Shown here piece by piece: positions 24,923 to 35,862 of a stretch of DNA of 64,000 nucleotides. Positions within the stretch are counted from its first letter, which is position 1. Every line of letters begins with the position of its first letter. The notes under the pieces were generated by a model. That model was not told the origin of the DNA. It was given only the letters and a program-made list of their open reading frames with translations, and ran no database searches. The position numbers were made by a program, and so were the translations under genes. This stretch comes from Trypanosoma brucei (Eukaryota), in the NCBI GenBank assembly GCA_000002445.1, contig CH464491.1, positions 4,448,001 to 4,512,000 of the forward strand, read 5' to 3'.

Positions 24923-27900
24923 CTATGCGCCGTCAGTCCGGGTGGTACTTGCTGCACTGGAGGTGACCGAGTTTAAGGCCGCTGCCAGTGCTTGCGCAGC
25001 ACCAGGCATTGGAGCAGGAGCGGATGTGGATGTCTCATCAGTGCTAGAGGCATCCAACCGAACAGCGGCCTCCGCCGAGGGATTGGCATCAGTGGGCTTC
25101 TCAGCGTCCTCATCGGCGGCTGCTTCAGTAGATTTCTCAGCACCCTCATCGGCGGCTGCTTCAGTAGATTTCTCAGCACCCTCATCGGCGGCTGCTTCAG
25201 TAGATTTCTCAGCACCCTCATCGGCGGCTGCTTCAGTAGATTTCTCAGCGTCCTCATCGGCGGCTGCTTCAGTAGATTTCTCAGCGTCCTCATCGGCGGC
25301 TGCATCAGTGGGCTTCTCAGCATCTTCTTCACCACCCGCAGCGCCAAGTTCTGCAGCGGCGATTTCCGCAGTCGTGACTGCGTCTGCAGCGTTCAAGCTG
25401 GCGGGATCCACGTGGAGGTCATCGGCGCCCCTCAAACGGGTCGTCTCCCCACCGTCATCACCATGTGGCACTTGAACGATGCGGCTTTTTGCCTCACCCT
25501 GCATACCGTCCTTGCGAACAGGCGTGTAAGTGACGCGAATCATCTTCCCCTGGTCCTCTTCCTGCACCCTGTAGGTACGCACACCTGTGTCAATCACTTC
25601 AAACTCCTCTGTCAGAGGCACCTCCCGCGCCCATTCGATAATTGGCTCTCCCGCCTCTCCACCGAAGTACTCCACTTCCAACTCAAGAGTGCTCCCAACT
25701 ACAGGATCTCCCACCACATTCAGGAAGTTCGTCTGGGGAATGCCAGCAGAGACAGCGCACTCGCTTGTGGCACGAACCGCACGGCCCTGTACACCGTCAA
25801 ATCGTACGGGTGTCACCGTGACTTCAATTGTGCAGTCTACTTCTCGCCGGGTAAGGGCAAGTGTCGCAGTGTTGGGGCGGCCAACCTTCGCGCGGCGGTC
25901 CTGGCGATCTCGGCGGAACCACTGAATCATATGAGCCCCGGCGTGACCACCTGTGTACTGATACTCGAGCGTCAGTACATGCTGCTCGACCAGTTCACCC
26001 GTAATCCGCAAGTCGCGAATCTCTGGGGGTGAAGGCTCGATAGGCTTCTCGAGCACACAGAGGCAAGTCTTTCCCTCTTCTCCCAGCTTGTTAACCGGAG
26101 TGTATTCAACAGCCAAACACTTGCCCACATCCTCAAGGGTAGGAACATACCGCGTTGAATTTTCACCCTCAATGGGGAAGTACTCCTCCGAGTTGTCATC
26201 TTTGCGGAGCCACTGGTAGTAGCTCTCACCCTCTGTACCGCCGGAATAGACAACCTCAACCTCCAGGTCACTCTCTTGAATAAGGTTACCAATAATCTTG
26301 ATGGATTCGCATTCAGGCGGGCCTGCCGCCACAGGACCCGTGATGGCGGACTTGGGCTCACCCGCAACCCAGTCATTTCGCATGGGAGTGAACTCCACCT
26401 TGATGCGACAATCAACATCCTTCGATGTGAGCTTGTAACCTGCCCATGGGTCATTGACATCAATGGAAATTTCCTCGTTGTCGGGAGTAATTCGAAACCA
26501 ATTAAGGGAGGAGTTACCTTCAATACCACCGGAGTAGTCTGCCTCAGCCAACAGCACGTGTCCCTCGGTAGCCTTGCCCTTTATTTCAAGATGAGGGCAG
26601 GTAGGTGGGCCTGCAACGATTGGGGCTGATATGTCAAAGTACAGGAAGGAAAATACCCCGTCAATGTACGCGAGCACTTCAGCACGCAGGCAGCATCCAA
26701 CGTCGGAAACCGTTGGCGTGTAGGTCAGTGTGTTGTTGTCTTCGATCACCTCATAAAAATTATTCTGAGTGCTTCTCATCCAACGAATGTGCAAAATGGT
26801 ATCCTTCTCGTCGTCAGATTGAGTCAATTCCGTGACTTTATACAAATAGCAGTAACCTTGTTTGTGTTTTGACAGTACACCATTGGACTCAGGTACAATT
26901 TCTACACCATCCACAATATACCGGTACTCGTAGTCACCGGCTGGTAAGTAAAGTGTGGTGTGAAAGTAAATCTCACCCTCCTCCTCACAACGCTCGAGTT
27001 CAATGGGATCGGCCCAGTTATTCATTGAACCGACGACGAACACTTCAGTTGCTTCACCAGAAACCTTGAAGGTAACTGGGTAAAGGTAACGAGAGTGGAA
27101 TATGTCCTCAGTTCTCTGCTCGTACGACCGTACGTCCTGCATGCAGCAACTCAACCTAACCGGAACACCCTCGGTGAGGACATTGCGGCTCTCATCATCT
27201 GGTACGAGTCGAATAGAGCAGAGCTGCAGGCACTTAGACTTTTCCCTCGCACGCTGAAGCTTCAGCAGGAACGCATCAGCGGACTCCTCCACATTGTCGC
27301 CATCGACGACAAACCCATCCGCAATACAGTACCCAATCTTCCCCTGATAGTGCTCCAAAGCTGCACGTTCCTCAGCAGTGACGGGGTGCCCGTCAATGGA
27401 AACAAGGTTACTGTTGTTGATGGCTATAGCCATGCTGCGGTACGAAGGAACCTCTGTCAATGGGTTTCCCACAAGGTTTAAGGTGTGTAGCGAGGGGAAT
27501 TTACCATAATGTTTGAAGGACGAAATCTTGTTGAAGTTGAGGGAAAGCACACGCAGATTGGGGAGTTTTTCCAATCCCTCAAAACTGTTGATAGCGTTGT
27601 CGCTTAGGCACAAAGTTTCGAGGGAGGAAAAGTTTGAGATGCCGTGCAGGTGCTCGATCTTATTACCCGACAAGTAGAGATGACGAAGATACGGCGTTTT
27701 CCTCAGGAAATCCACCGATCCAATCTCATTAATAGAAAGATCCAGGACCCTAAGGTGCTCCATGGTAATGTCAATATCAAAATCTGTCAGCTCATTTTCC
27801 CGAAGATAAAGGTACTCCGTCGCGTAATTTGCCTGCGTTAATTCCCTGGCGCTCCTGATATCCTTCCTGTTCATGACCAACCCACTGGGTTTCACATTTG

Positions 27901-27937
27901 AGAATGGGCCTGCTCGCCTTATCGCAGACGCACTCAT
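24923..27937 (-). CDS. Leucine-rich-repeat protein with a CBM48/AMPK-beta-type glycogen-binding-like domain, about five ~100 aa beta-rich repeats, and a C-terminal acidic 12-aa tandem repeat.
   Basis: N-terminal LRRs (LRVLDLSINEIGSV, LYLSGNKIEH, LCLSDNAINSF, LSLNFNKISS). VFVVGSMNNWADPIELE...YFHTTLYLPAGDYEYRYIVDG resembles CBM48. Modules of the form GPPxCxxLxIxG...YSGG.EG...W.R recur. The C-terminus is (AADEDAEKSTEA)n. Confidence 0.6.
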   Translation of the reverse strand: MSASAIRRAGPFSNVKPSGLVMNRKDIRSARELTQANYATEYLYLRENELTDFDIDITMEHLRVLDLSINEIGSVDFLRKTPYLRHLYLSGNKIEHLHGISNFSSLETLCLSDNAINSFEGLEKLPNLRVLSLNFNKISSFKHYGKFPSLHTLNLVGNPLTEVPSYRSMAIAINNSNLVSIDGHPVTAEERAALEHYQGKIGYCIADGFVVDGDNVEESADAFLLKLQRAREKSKCLQLCSIRLVPDDESRNVLTEGVPVRLSCCMQDVRSYEQRTEDIFHSRYLYPVTFKVSGEATEVFVVGSMNNWADPIELERCEEEGEIYFHTTLYLPAGDYEYRYIVDGVEIVPESNGVLSKHKQGYCYLYKVTELTQSDDEKDTILHIRWMRSTQNNFYEVIEDNNTLTYTPTVSDVGCCLRAEVLAYIDGVFSFLYFDISAPIVAGPPTCPHLEIKGKATEGHVLLAEADYSGGIEGNSSLNWFRITPDNEEISIDVNDPWAGYKLTSKDVDCRIKVEFTPMRNDWVAGEPKSAITGPVAAGPPECESIKIIGNLIQESDLEVEVVYSGGTEGESYYQWLRKDDNSEEYFPIEGENSTRYVPTLEDVGKCLAVEYTPVNKLGEEGKTCLCVLEKPIEPSPPEIRDLRITGELVEQHVLTLEYQYTGGHAGAHMIQWFRRDRQDRRAKVGRPNTATLALTRREVDCTIEVTVTPVRFDGVQGRAVRATSECAVSAGIPQTNFLNVVGDPVVGSTLELEVEYFGGEAGEPIIEWAREVPLTEEFEVIDTGVRTYRVQEEDQGKMIRVTYTPVRKDGMQGEAKSRIVQVPHGDDGGETTRLRGADDLHVDPASLNAADAVTTAEIAAAELGAAGGEEDAEKPTDAAADEDAEKSTEAAADEDAEKSTEAAADEGAEKSTEAAADEGAEKSTEAAADEGAEKSTEAAADEDAEKPTDANPSAEAAVRLDASSTDETSTSAPAPMPGAAQALAAALNSVTSSAASTTRTDGA
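25083..25334. repeat. 36-bp tandem repeat inside the LRR/CBM48 CDS (unit gcttcagtagatttctcagcaccctcatcggcggct, about 7 copies). It encodes the AADE(D/G)AEKSTEA repeats.
   Basis: Near-identical 36-nt units are directly visible at 25083-25334. Two variants occur (…gcaccc… and …gcgtcc…). Confidence 0.9.
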
Positions 27938-29643
27938 TGGTAGCAGTTACACAGGTATTTTCACTTATTTTTTTTGTCGTTGCTTCCCTCTTTATTTTTC
28001 TTGTTTTCTCGTTTGTTGTTGTTGTTCGCTTCCTAATTTTTTTCTTAAAAAATGACTTTAACTTGGCCTTGTCGAGGTAACTGAAACTAGGAAAAAAAAA
28101 GCAACAGGGAAGATTTGATGCAGTGTCAGTTGCTCTGCCTATTATCGCAACGCCTCACCAAGCTATGTTGTTTGGGGAAAGTTAAGCACACAGCACGCAA
28201 CCGTGAATCCCCACAGGCCAGTGTGCAAAGCCCGTAAAGTCAAAAAAGTGGGAGGAAACGATGCCAGGCAAAAGAAATCATTCATAAACACACAATGCAC
28301 TCTCTCCCAACTAAAATACGCGAGTCTCAAACCAGAGAGATTCGTAAACCAACCCTTTTCATTAGAACCGCACTGCAGCAGTGGGGAAATATGCGACTTG
28401 AATCCCCTCTGTATGAACCCTCTTATCAAGCGAAAGAGGAACAGGGTGTGTTATGCGCAGCGACCGACAAAACTACAAGGGTATCTTACAGGCTTGGTCA
28501 TCCAGTATGGGAGTAGTAACTTAGTCTTGGTGAAATCTCCACGGTAAACATTACCCTCTAGTGAGAGTTTGACGATGTTACCACAATGAAATGCCTCTGA
28601 CTCCCCCCTCCAATACCGTGTTTAGTTCGCCACACCGCCCTCAGCTTGAACGTTTTTTTAGGCGTGTCCCCTCCCATTTTGAAAATACAAACAGTGTCTA
28701 TGCATGGCACTTGATGGACTCACGCACACAGCGTAACAGGATATTAAGTCTCAAAGTCTCTGCATAAACGCACAGATATGAGCATGTGTAACTCGAACAA
28801 CGCGGATGCACGAGTCACAACACGACGTACAGGAGCGTCTGCATCGGTAGGGAGATATCCGACTGCCAACAGTAGCCATAACAAGACCTGTCTCTCTTCT
28901 TAATAGCGACAAATGACAACTTACCTTTAAATGCTGTGGCGCAACAAAAACACAGCCACTCTTCCAAGTACACGCACGCCTCCCAAGTCAAAAAGGTCGT
29001 ATCACCCCGAGGAAATTGCCCCAATTGGTGTGAGGGACGTTATGCAGCACCTTCCTGTGTACACCTTGCTGTCCTTGGTAGTGCACACCAACCTTAATCA
29101 ATGCGCGTGCCCATCGAAACTGGATGTTACTCCAACGCCTGGCTGTTAAAGCCCGGTTCTCTACAAAAATTCCTCGCAAACAAACTAAGGGATCACACAC
29201 AGCCATCAGCGCAACTGAGAACACTACATGGGACAATCAACTTACTGGATCCTAATCAAACAAATCATACGGGGTTGGAGAACCCTGCTCCTTGTGGAAA
29301 GGGGCTGAAAACCGTAGGCCTTGAATTACTGGCTCTAGAGTACGCACGGACACCTCCAACTGTCCACCAGTAAAGCAGTCGCGTGTCGTCTGGTACCGTT
29401 TTCTACATAGCAAACTACATGCCCTTTGTAAAGAGATGGGAAAATTGAGCCTGCAGTCCACGGATTCAAACCTCTTGTTTCAATCATAATGTATGTAACA
29501 ACTATGCAGATATAAAGTACCCTGATAAAAGTCACTAGATTTTTTTTTCTTTAATCCGGAGTATATATAAAGAACAGGGGATTGGGTCAAAACAAAGACT
29601 TCCCACATCTCTTACGCAGATGAAAAATGTGTTGTCGTGCCTT

Positions 29644-29967
29644 CTAGAATATATAAATTGCGTCATATGCTACAGTCCAAGCCAAAATGTATGTCATACC
29701 ACCCGTAAAGAGGCTTCCAAATGAAAAAAGCTCCTTCTTCCCCGAGGGGAAATACCTTTCAGGACCGCCCTCGCACCCAAAGCAGAGTATGGCAAAAGAA
29801 GTGAACAGCGCACTCACCACAAAAAATAAGGCGCCGGCCAAATTAGTTAGTCCCAGCAGTCCAGCACCAACACCGGCCACAAGGGCGCTCATTATGCGTA
29901 TCCGTGACACGCACCCCACATTTTCTCCAAGTTCCTTGTCAACATAAATAGTTTTCCCTAAGCTCAT
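29644..29967 (-). CDS. ER membrane protein complex subunit 6 (EMC6/Rab5ip family)-like small two-TM protein (107 aa).
   Basis: ALVAGVGAGLLGLTNLAGALFFVVSALF and FTGGMTYILAWTVAYDAIYIF parallel EMC6 ALSGATAGILGLTGLYGF and [21 protein letters not shown]. The orientation matches the polycistronic unit. Confidence 0.6.
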   Translation of the reverse strand: MSLGKTIYVDKELGENVGCVSRIRIMSALVAGVGAGLLGLTNLAGALFFVVSALFTSFAILCFGCEGGPERYFPSGKKELFSFGSLFTGGMTYILAWTVAYDAIYIF

Positions 29968-30270
29968 ACTTGTGAGCGAATAATGAAAAGGCTGGCAATA
30001 TTTTCCCTGGGGTATGGGGGAGCACCTAAAATATATGTGTGCGAAAAAACGGGGTTTGCGTTATCACTTTTTTCAAAGGAGGGAGAGCAAAGAGTGGTAC
30101 GCATAGTCAGACAATAGCAACGGTAATAATAGGGAGGAAACATCAATACATTCATTATTTTCGCCAACCTCAAAGCACGTCTCATCACTTGCAAAACAGT
30201 CATAGTCAACCCCACACAAAACTTACGTTTACAAAACAATAATAGCGATAATAAAACTGTACCTTCTGCG

Positions 30271-30489
30271 CTACTCCGAAGTATTGTTATGGCCCAACTG
30301 CATGGAAAGTATCATTTCCCTTTCCCTCTGCTTTTCGAAAAAAATAATCCAACTGGCAGGGCATGCAGCACTCAACAAGTTCAACTGTTCAGCGCACTTC
30401 TTTTCCGGCATCTCGGGGAGCGAATCAAGACATCTGTGGTATGAGTCTCGAGCTTCGTAGCATAATTCTCTCTTGTGTGCGTTTTGCAT
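30271..30489 (-). CDS. Cytochrome c oxidase subunit 6B (COX12)-like CHCH protein (72 aa).
   Basis: Twin Cx9C / Cx10C: CYEARDSYHRC and CAEQLNLLSAAC, followed by CPASWIIFFEKQRE. Compare COX6B CWQNYLDFHRC, CEWYQRVYQSLC, CPTSWVTDWDEQR. Confidence 0.55.
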   Translation of the reverse strand: MQNAHKRELCYEARDSYHRCLDSLPEMPEKKCAEQLNLLSAACPASWIIFFEKQREREMILSMQLGHNNTSE

Positions 30490-30777
30490 ACGCCCAACGA
30501 GAACAGGTGTATTCCCTTCCCTACGGGAATATGGGCAAATTTGCTATTGAAATGAGGTAAAGAACCCGCAGAAAGTGTTGAGAGTCCCTTGATGTCGAAA
30601 CTAAAACATGCAAGCACAAGAAGGACAAAAGAGAACGATGATCGCGTGACATCCACTGCAACACATATGTACAACAAATCAATGGGCACAGCAAATTTTT
30701 CATAAATTGCTAGCGAACAGAAAAATACTCACCTTAGGGGTCATAGTGCAATGGTCCCTCTTTCTCCTTACGTCAAT

Positions 30778-31347
30778 TTATCCTTTTTTGTTCGCACTGC
30801 ACCTGTAAATTGACGCCAGTCGAAGTGGTGTGGTCCGTCTCTTGACACCAACAGGGGAATTTCTTGCTTGTATCAACCTAAACAGTACAATTACCACAAA
30901 TATCACACAAATATGATACCCTTTCTCCCTCCATACTGGAACCGGCTCCTTTTGCAAGTGGCGATCAAAGACAAACACACGAACTGTATCGCTGATCTGC
31001 GCAACATTTAAAATTCCGTTCGAATACGTCAACAATACATAGCCACCATTTGTCAAGTACTCTGAAGCAACCCATTCCCGCACACCCGAAGAAATGAATT
31101 TGACGAGAATGCCATATAATTCAGAGCCTTTCGCACTAGATTCCAGCTGGCACTGGTTGAAATAATCGGAATGACAACTTATATTTATCGCCTCAAATCG
31201 CGATTTACCAGCAGATACCCAATGCCCACCAACTGCGTCGCGGAGAATCCGACTAGATCTTCCACTATAACTAAAATAAGCCACCAACAGCACCACCGCA
31301 ACAGCAACATATGGAAGCGCACATTGAACCTTACGTATTATCGGCAT
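30778..31347 (-). CDS. Hypothetical membrane protein (189 aa) with an N-terminal signal-anchor and a C-terminal TM segment.
   Basis: ORF in the polycistronic orientation. Hydrophobic stretches YVAVAVVLLVAYF and ICVIFVVIVLF. No family assigned. Confidence 0.45.
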   Translation of the reverse strand: MPIIRKVQCALPYVAVAVVLLVAYFSYSGRSSRILRDAVGGHWVSAGKSRFEAINISCHSDYFNQCQLESSAKGSELYGILVKFISSGVREWVASEYLTNGGYVLLTYSNGILNVAQISDTVRVFVFDRHLQKEPVPVWREKGYHICVIFVVIVLFRLIQARNSPVGVKRRTTPLRLASIYRCSANKKG

Positions 31348-31536
31348 CCCATCGGTAATTTAACGGCTTTCCACTAAAACCTTCACAGTGTCCATTGATG
31401 GATCACATTGAAATAGCAGTGGCAACAAGAAATTATCAACGACGTAGGCTTGGGAAAGATGCTACTACAGAAGTTCCATAAGCGCTGCTGAATAAGCAAC
31501 AATTCACTTTCTTTTACAAGGAACCACCATCACTCC

Positions 31537-34110
31537 CTATGAAGATGATGTCTTCATGAGATGAAGGTAGTACGGGTGATTCTCGTGTGAATCGTTTAAA
31601 AACGCGAATCCCTTTACCGTCTTAAACCGCTTTTCTGCATTCTCTCGGCCTAACCTCTTCGCTAAGTTGACAAACTCCTTAATTGTTTCCACTTCAGCAT
31701 CGGATGGGACTTTAAGCGACTCTAAGGCTTCGCGTCTCGGTCGCTTTAAGGAACAACCACTTTCCTCTCGTTTTCTGAGAGACCGACCACAGTTACACAA
31801 CCCAAGAAAAGAAACCGTTCTCCCCATAAGGGAGCCAAGTTCCATCGCATCCGAAGGTGATGGATTATCACCTATACAGTTGTCAAGCCACATACCTGTG
31901 CGTGCATCACCGGAGCCGCGTGTCATACGTTTAAATAATGGAGACTCTAACAGGGCTAGGGGTATTGACAGAAGTGGCGTCTTTCCAATCTCCTGAGCAC
32001 ACTCCAGAAAGACAGCATTGTTCCACAACGCTGTATGAAGAATAACGTGGCTGGCTATCAAGGGATATGAAACATCCAAAGGGCATTGTAACACTTTCCC
32101 TCCAAAATGTATTTCACATAGCTCATGGTGGGAAGGGTAACAATAAATATTCACGGGCGACTTCTGCGGTCCGCACATATCCGTGCCAGGAGATGCTTGA
32201 TCAAACCAACCTCGACAAGAAGTTGATATCATTCTCGTTGATTGCCTTGAAAGTGTTGTCCTTTTCCCCGTTGTGCAACAAAGAAAAAGTTCAACGCGCG
32301 AAACACTGTCATAATATTTTGGGATAGAAGAAAGTGCCCGAACGAGGGTCTCGTCCCCCATGCTCAGGTTCTCAGTGAAAACAATTTGGTATCTCGAACA
32401 GAATCGGTTTATCGCATCCCTCACCCATGAAGTAAACTTGTGAGAATTGCAAATTAGCTTTTCCGCAACTGCCTTGGGTTGTCTCAGAGCGTGACACCAA
32501 AAAATACACTTTACGTCGAAAGGCGATAACTCAGGAAAACTGCTATCATACGGTAAACGGAAGCGATATGAAAGCGCCCGCCCGATGACACTCAACTGGT
32601 ACGACGGCAACCCGTCACTGTTACGCAACTGCGACAGTAGTCCGAATGAGCACATAGCACTCATGACTTCGTCAAAAAACAAAGACGCGTCCATAGTAGC
32701 AAAGAAACTCTCCGGTATGCGTAAAACTGGGCCTGTATCTTCCTTCCTACTTTCAAACCGAAAGCGTCTAAACAGCCATAACACAACATTCATCGCATCT
32801 TGAAGGCAGTCATTACTAACACGTTCCGTGTCAACGAAGTTATTCTCGCTGCTACAATGGCCCGGATACGGTACATAGATTGTGTGGGGAAGTCGGTGAA
32901 AAAGTGCCCGAATTATGTCCAGATCCTCTCCCCTATTTGACTCACCGAAAACAAGAAACTTTATATCCATATAACCAAAGCAACATTCGTGATGCGGTCT
33001 CAGAAACTCCCTTTCAATTTTCTTCTTGGAACAAAAAACCGTCAACGGTACACCATTGGCACGAGCTGCTAAAAGTTCAGGGAAGTGGTCTAAACTCGCC
33101 GCGATTGACATGGGCGACGAAGTGTAGCTATCGTGTAGGCATTGCTCCAACATGCTAACCAACGAATCCTCTTCAGGGATTATCAGCAATATGCACGAAG
33201 GGTTACTGTTTACACATTCCACTCCGGTGTCACACAATTCTTCGTGGCAGTTTGTAACAATTTCGGTCATTTTTTCGAGCCATGCCTCCTGGTTCGCAGT
33301 CGCAAACGAGTCTGTGAAGCAGTTCTCCATATTATTGGTCGATCCGGTGCTGGTATCCAGCTTGTTAACGACGCAAACTTTAAGTTTGCTTTCAATGAAC
33401 AGATAAATGTCATCTACAGTGGTACTCCGGACACAATCTTTAGAGAATTTTAATATTACCTTCACGTGACTTAGTCTCTCCTGGATACGATCGTTAGGGA
33501 ACGACGCAAAGTGATGGAGAAGCGATGAAATCGCTAACGCCCAAATGGAAAACATAAAACTCCCGTACGGAGCCCCCATGTGAAAATAAATATCAACGTC
33601 TGTCAAAACATACACGACATCATCGTTATCAGTGCCACCCAGAAGAAAAATAAGAAGTGACTGCCACATATGATCGATACCTTTAAGGTCTAGTGTTACG
33701 AAAATGCAGTGGGAGATCCTGCTCGCCTCCTCCGTTCTGTCACGACCCACCTCCTGTGACGATTCATTCAACTCAATAGCTATATAGCAACCGCCAGTGC
33801 AATCGTTACAGGCAATCCGATCCGCAGGAGACGCACAATGTAGGTATGGAATCAAGTCCATTATCCCAATGGGATCACCTGTGCTCGGGTTACCTCTCCT
33901 ATTAATTGTTCCTCTTTCCCCTGAAAGCAAATTGTGGAAACGAGTATTCTTGTCGGTATAATACGCCTCGCTGTCAATCCTTGACATCATCGATTGAGGG
34001 ATGCGGTGTAGCCTCGAAGATGTGAGCGCATCAAAAAAGGCACTGCATTCCAGTGGAAGACAGTAAGGAATATCACCGAAATAACCCGAAGCGACTTCGT
34101 TTAAATTCAT
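31537..34110 (-). CDS. Large conserved hypothetical protein (857 aa). It is the first gene of the minus-strand unit.
   Basis: Uninterrupted 2.6 kb ORF. Upstream of it at 34.1-34.6 kb lie a (GT)n tract and pyrimidine-rich sequence. Confidence 0.5.
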   Translation of the reverse strand: MNLNEVASGYFGDIPYCLPLECSAFFDALTSSRLHRIPQSMMSRIDSEAYYTDKNTRFHNLLSGERGTINRRGNPSTGDPIGIMDLIPYLHCASPADRIACNDCTGGCYIAIELNESSQEVGRDRTEEASRISHCIFVTLDLKGIDHMWQSLLIFLLGGTDNDDVVYVLTDVDIYFHMGAPYGSFMFSIWALAISSLLHHFASFPNDRIQERLSHVKVILKFSKDCVRSTTVDDIYLFIESKLKVCVVNKLDTSTGSTNNMENCFTDSFATANQEAWLEKMTEIVTNCHEELCDTGVECVNSNPSCILLIIPEEDSLVSMLEQCLHDSYTSSPMSIAASLDHFPELLAARANGVPLTVFCSKKKIEREFLRPHHECCFGYMDIKFLVFGESNRGEDLDIIRALFHRLPHTIYVPYPGHCSSENNFVDTERVSNDCLQDAMNVVLWLFRRFRFESRKEDTGPVLRIPESFFATMDASLFFDEVMSAMCSFGLLSQLRNSDGLPSYQLSVIGRALSYRFRLPYDSSFPELSPFDVKCIFWCHALRQPKAVAEKLICNSHKFTSWVRDAINRFCSRYQIVFTENLSMGDETLVRALSSIPKYYDSVSRVELFLCCTTGKRTTLSRQSTRMISTSCRGWFDQASPGTDMCGPQKSPVNIYCYPSHHELCEIHFGGKVLQCPLDVSYPLIASHVILHTALWNNAVFLECAQEIGKTPLLSIPLALLESPLFKRMTRGSGDARTGMWLDNCIGDNPSPSDAMELGSLMGRTVSFLGLCNCGRSLRKREESGCSLKRPRREALESLKVPSDAEVETIKEFVNLAKRLGRENAEKRFKTVKGFAFLNDSHENHPYYLHLMKTSSS

Positions 34111-34546
34111 CTACCGCCAGTACTGAAATAGTGAAAGGGAGAACTTAAGAACGAAGTTAAAACAAAGATAAAACCACATATGTCACAGATTCATGGGAGA
34201 ATGCAAATTAGGTCACATTAACCTCCGCATATTTTTTTTGTGCTTTGGTTAAACATTGATCCCTCCCCCTATGCAACCACCACACCTCGGTAGATCAGAG
34301 GGACGGCAGAATGTAGAAGCAGACAATTTGGGTGAAATCAAACCACCCTCTAAAAAGTCCTGAAAGACCACCGCAGCCGACCAACACATCAGGTACTTCA
34401 CAACTTTTTCTTTAATTAACACGTTTAATTGTCGTTGTTGTTATTGCTGCTGGCGTCAACACAGCTCCAATAGGTACCTTTGCGGTTAAACATGGTCTAT
34501 GTTTCGCTTTGTTTTTTGCTTTCAACAAAACAAATTCGTTATTAGC

Positions 34547-34572
34547 GTGTGTGTGTGTGTGTGTGTGTGTGT
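34547..34572. promoter_or_regulatory. (GT)13 dinucleotide tract about 440 bp upstream of the first minus-strand gene. GT-rich tracts mark divergent transcription start regions in T. brucei.
   Basis: gtgtgtgtgtgtgtgtgtgtgtgtgt is seen directly. It sits at the edge of a 9.6 kb gene-free strand-switch region. Confidence 0.3.
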
Positions 34573-35847
34573 ATTTGTTTTCATATGGTCGGTCCCTGTT
34601 GATAAGGCTACATCGTTAAGCAGGGGAACAATGCTGCAAGCAGCACTTTACATGTACGAAAACGTTCCAACGCTTACACAGATACATACAAATAAAGAAA
34701 AAAGAAACCATCACAGAGGAATAACCCAACAGCATGTCACGCCCCAAAGCACAGGCACCCCGTCCCTGCCTTTTGATAAGTGAAAATGAACAAAGTTAAG
34801 AACGAGTATGGGAAGACGTCGGCACACAACATGGCAAAGCGGGAACCGGCCGTTGCACCGCTCGAACACATATGCGGCAGACGTCCACAATATCACGTCA
34901 TCACCGACGTACAAAACGAGGTCAGCGGCCGTGTGGCAGCCGCCCGCCGCGCAAGGCCGGCACAGACACGGCCAAAAAGTCCGGGCGGACGCAAGCACCC
35001 ACCTGCGAAAACCAAAGAGTCGGAAGGACACGCTCCCTCGCTCTTTCTTCCCCCCTCCCCCTTCGGTTCGACAGCGGCCCTCCGCTGGCAGCCGCGCGCC
35101 TCCGGACCACGGACGGCTTCTCCCGTAGAAAACTGTGGAATCTCACATCCCACCCCCACGTTAAAGCAAATTCCTTCTCTGTTGTGCGCACAGATCACAC
35201 ACACACCTTCCACATTTTCCTCGGCCGAAAATGCTGGCCGGGATTTCTGAGGGCCCTTGACCCACAGCGGCGGCACACTCGGCCAAGAAGTGCAAAGGAA
35301 GGGAGATGCAACGCGCAATAAATCGCTCTTTTCCCCCACACTCGTGCGGCACCACGCCTGCCTACCGCTTGCGTCGACGCGCCAGTCGCCGAACCATTGC
35401 GGCCATCTGGGATATGCGCAGGTGGTGGTGAGTCGGGCACTGGCATCGATGTCGAAGGGTTGGGGTGGCGTAGTCGGCGCGTTCAAGCTGATCTGGAGGA
35501 GCAACCTTGTACCTACAGACGTCTTCGGTGAGAAAGAGCGGCTAGTCGCTGTGGGGGACCCGTCGCCTCTACGCGAGGAAGTTTGGAATCCGGCACCTGG
35601 CCACTCCTTGCCGCCTCGTACCCGATATGGGGAAAATTGGCTGTTATGCTCTGCCCGCGGAACCAGCCGGTACGGGTTGTGTGGGTCTTCGGAACCTCGG
35701 GCAGTGTGAAGCTTGATTCGGATGCGCCCAGAAGCCCATGGAAACAGTACAGATCCGAACCTAGGCCTAGTCGCCGATTTCTTTTACGGAAGCCAGAGTA
35801 TTGTGGGAGGTCTTTTTCATTTCCGTTCGTTTCGAAGGCAAGCATTT

Positions 35848-35862
35848 GGGGGGGGGGGGGGG
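35848..35862. repeat. G15 homopolymer inside a ~1.1 kb GC-rich island (34.8-35.9 kb). All six frames are open there, with no coherent coding signal.
   Basis: gggggggggggggggg at 35848-35862. Overlapping track ORFs occur on both strands at 34780-35940. Confidence 0.6.

Noticed and set aside
29380-29520. Possible minus-strand tRNA suggested by ggattcaaacc (reverse complement ggtttgaatcc, T-loop-like).
   Set aside because: No convincing acceptor/T-stem pairing or A/B box context could be built around it by eye.
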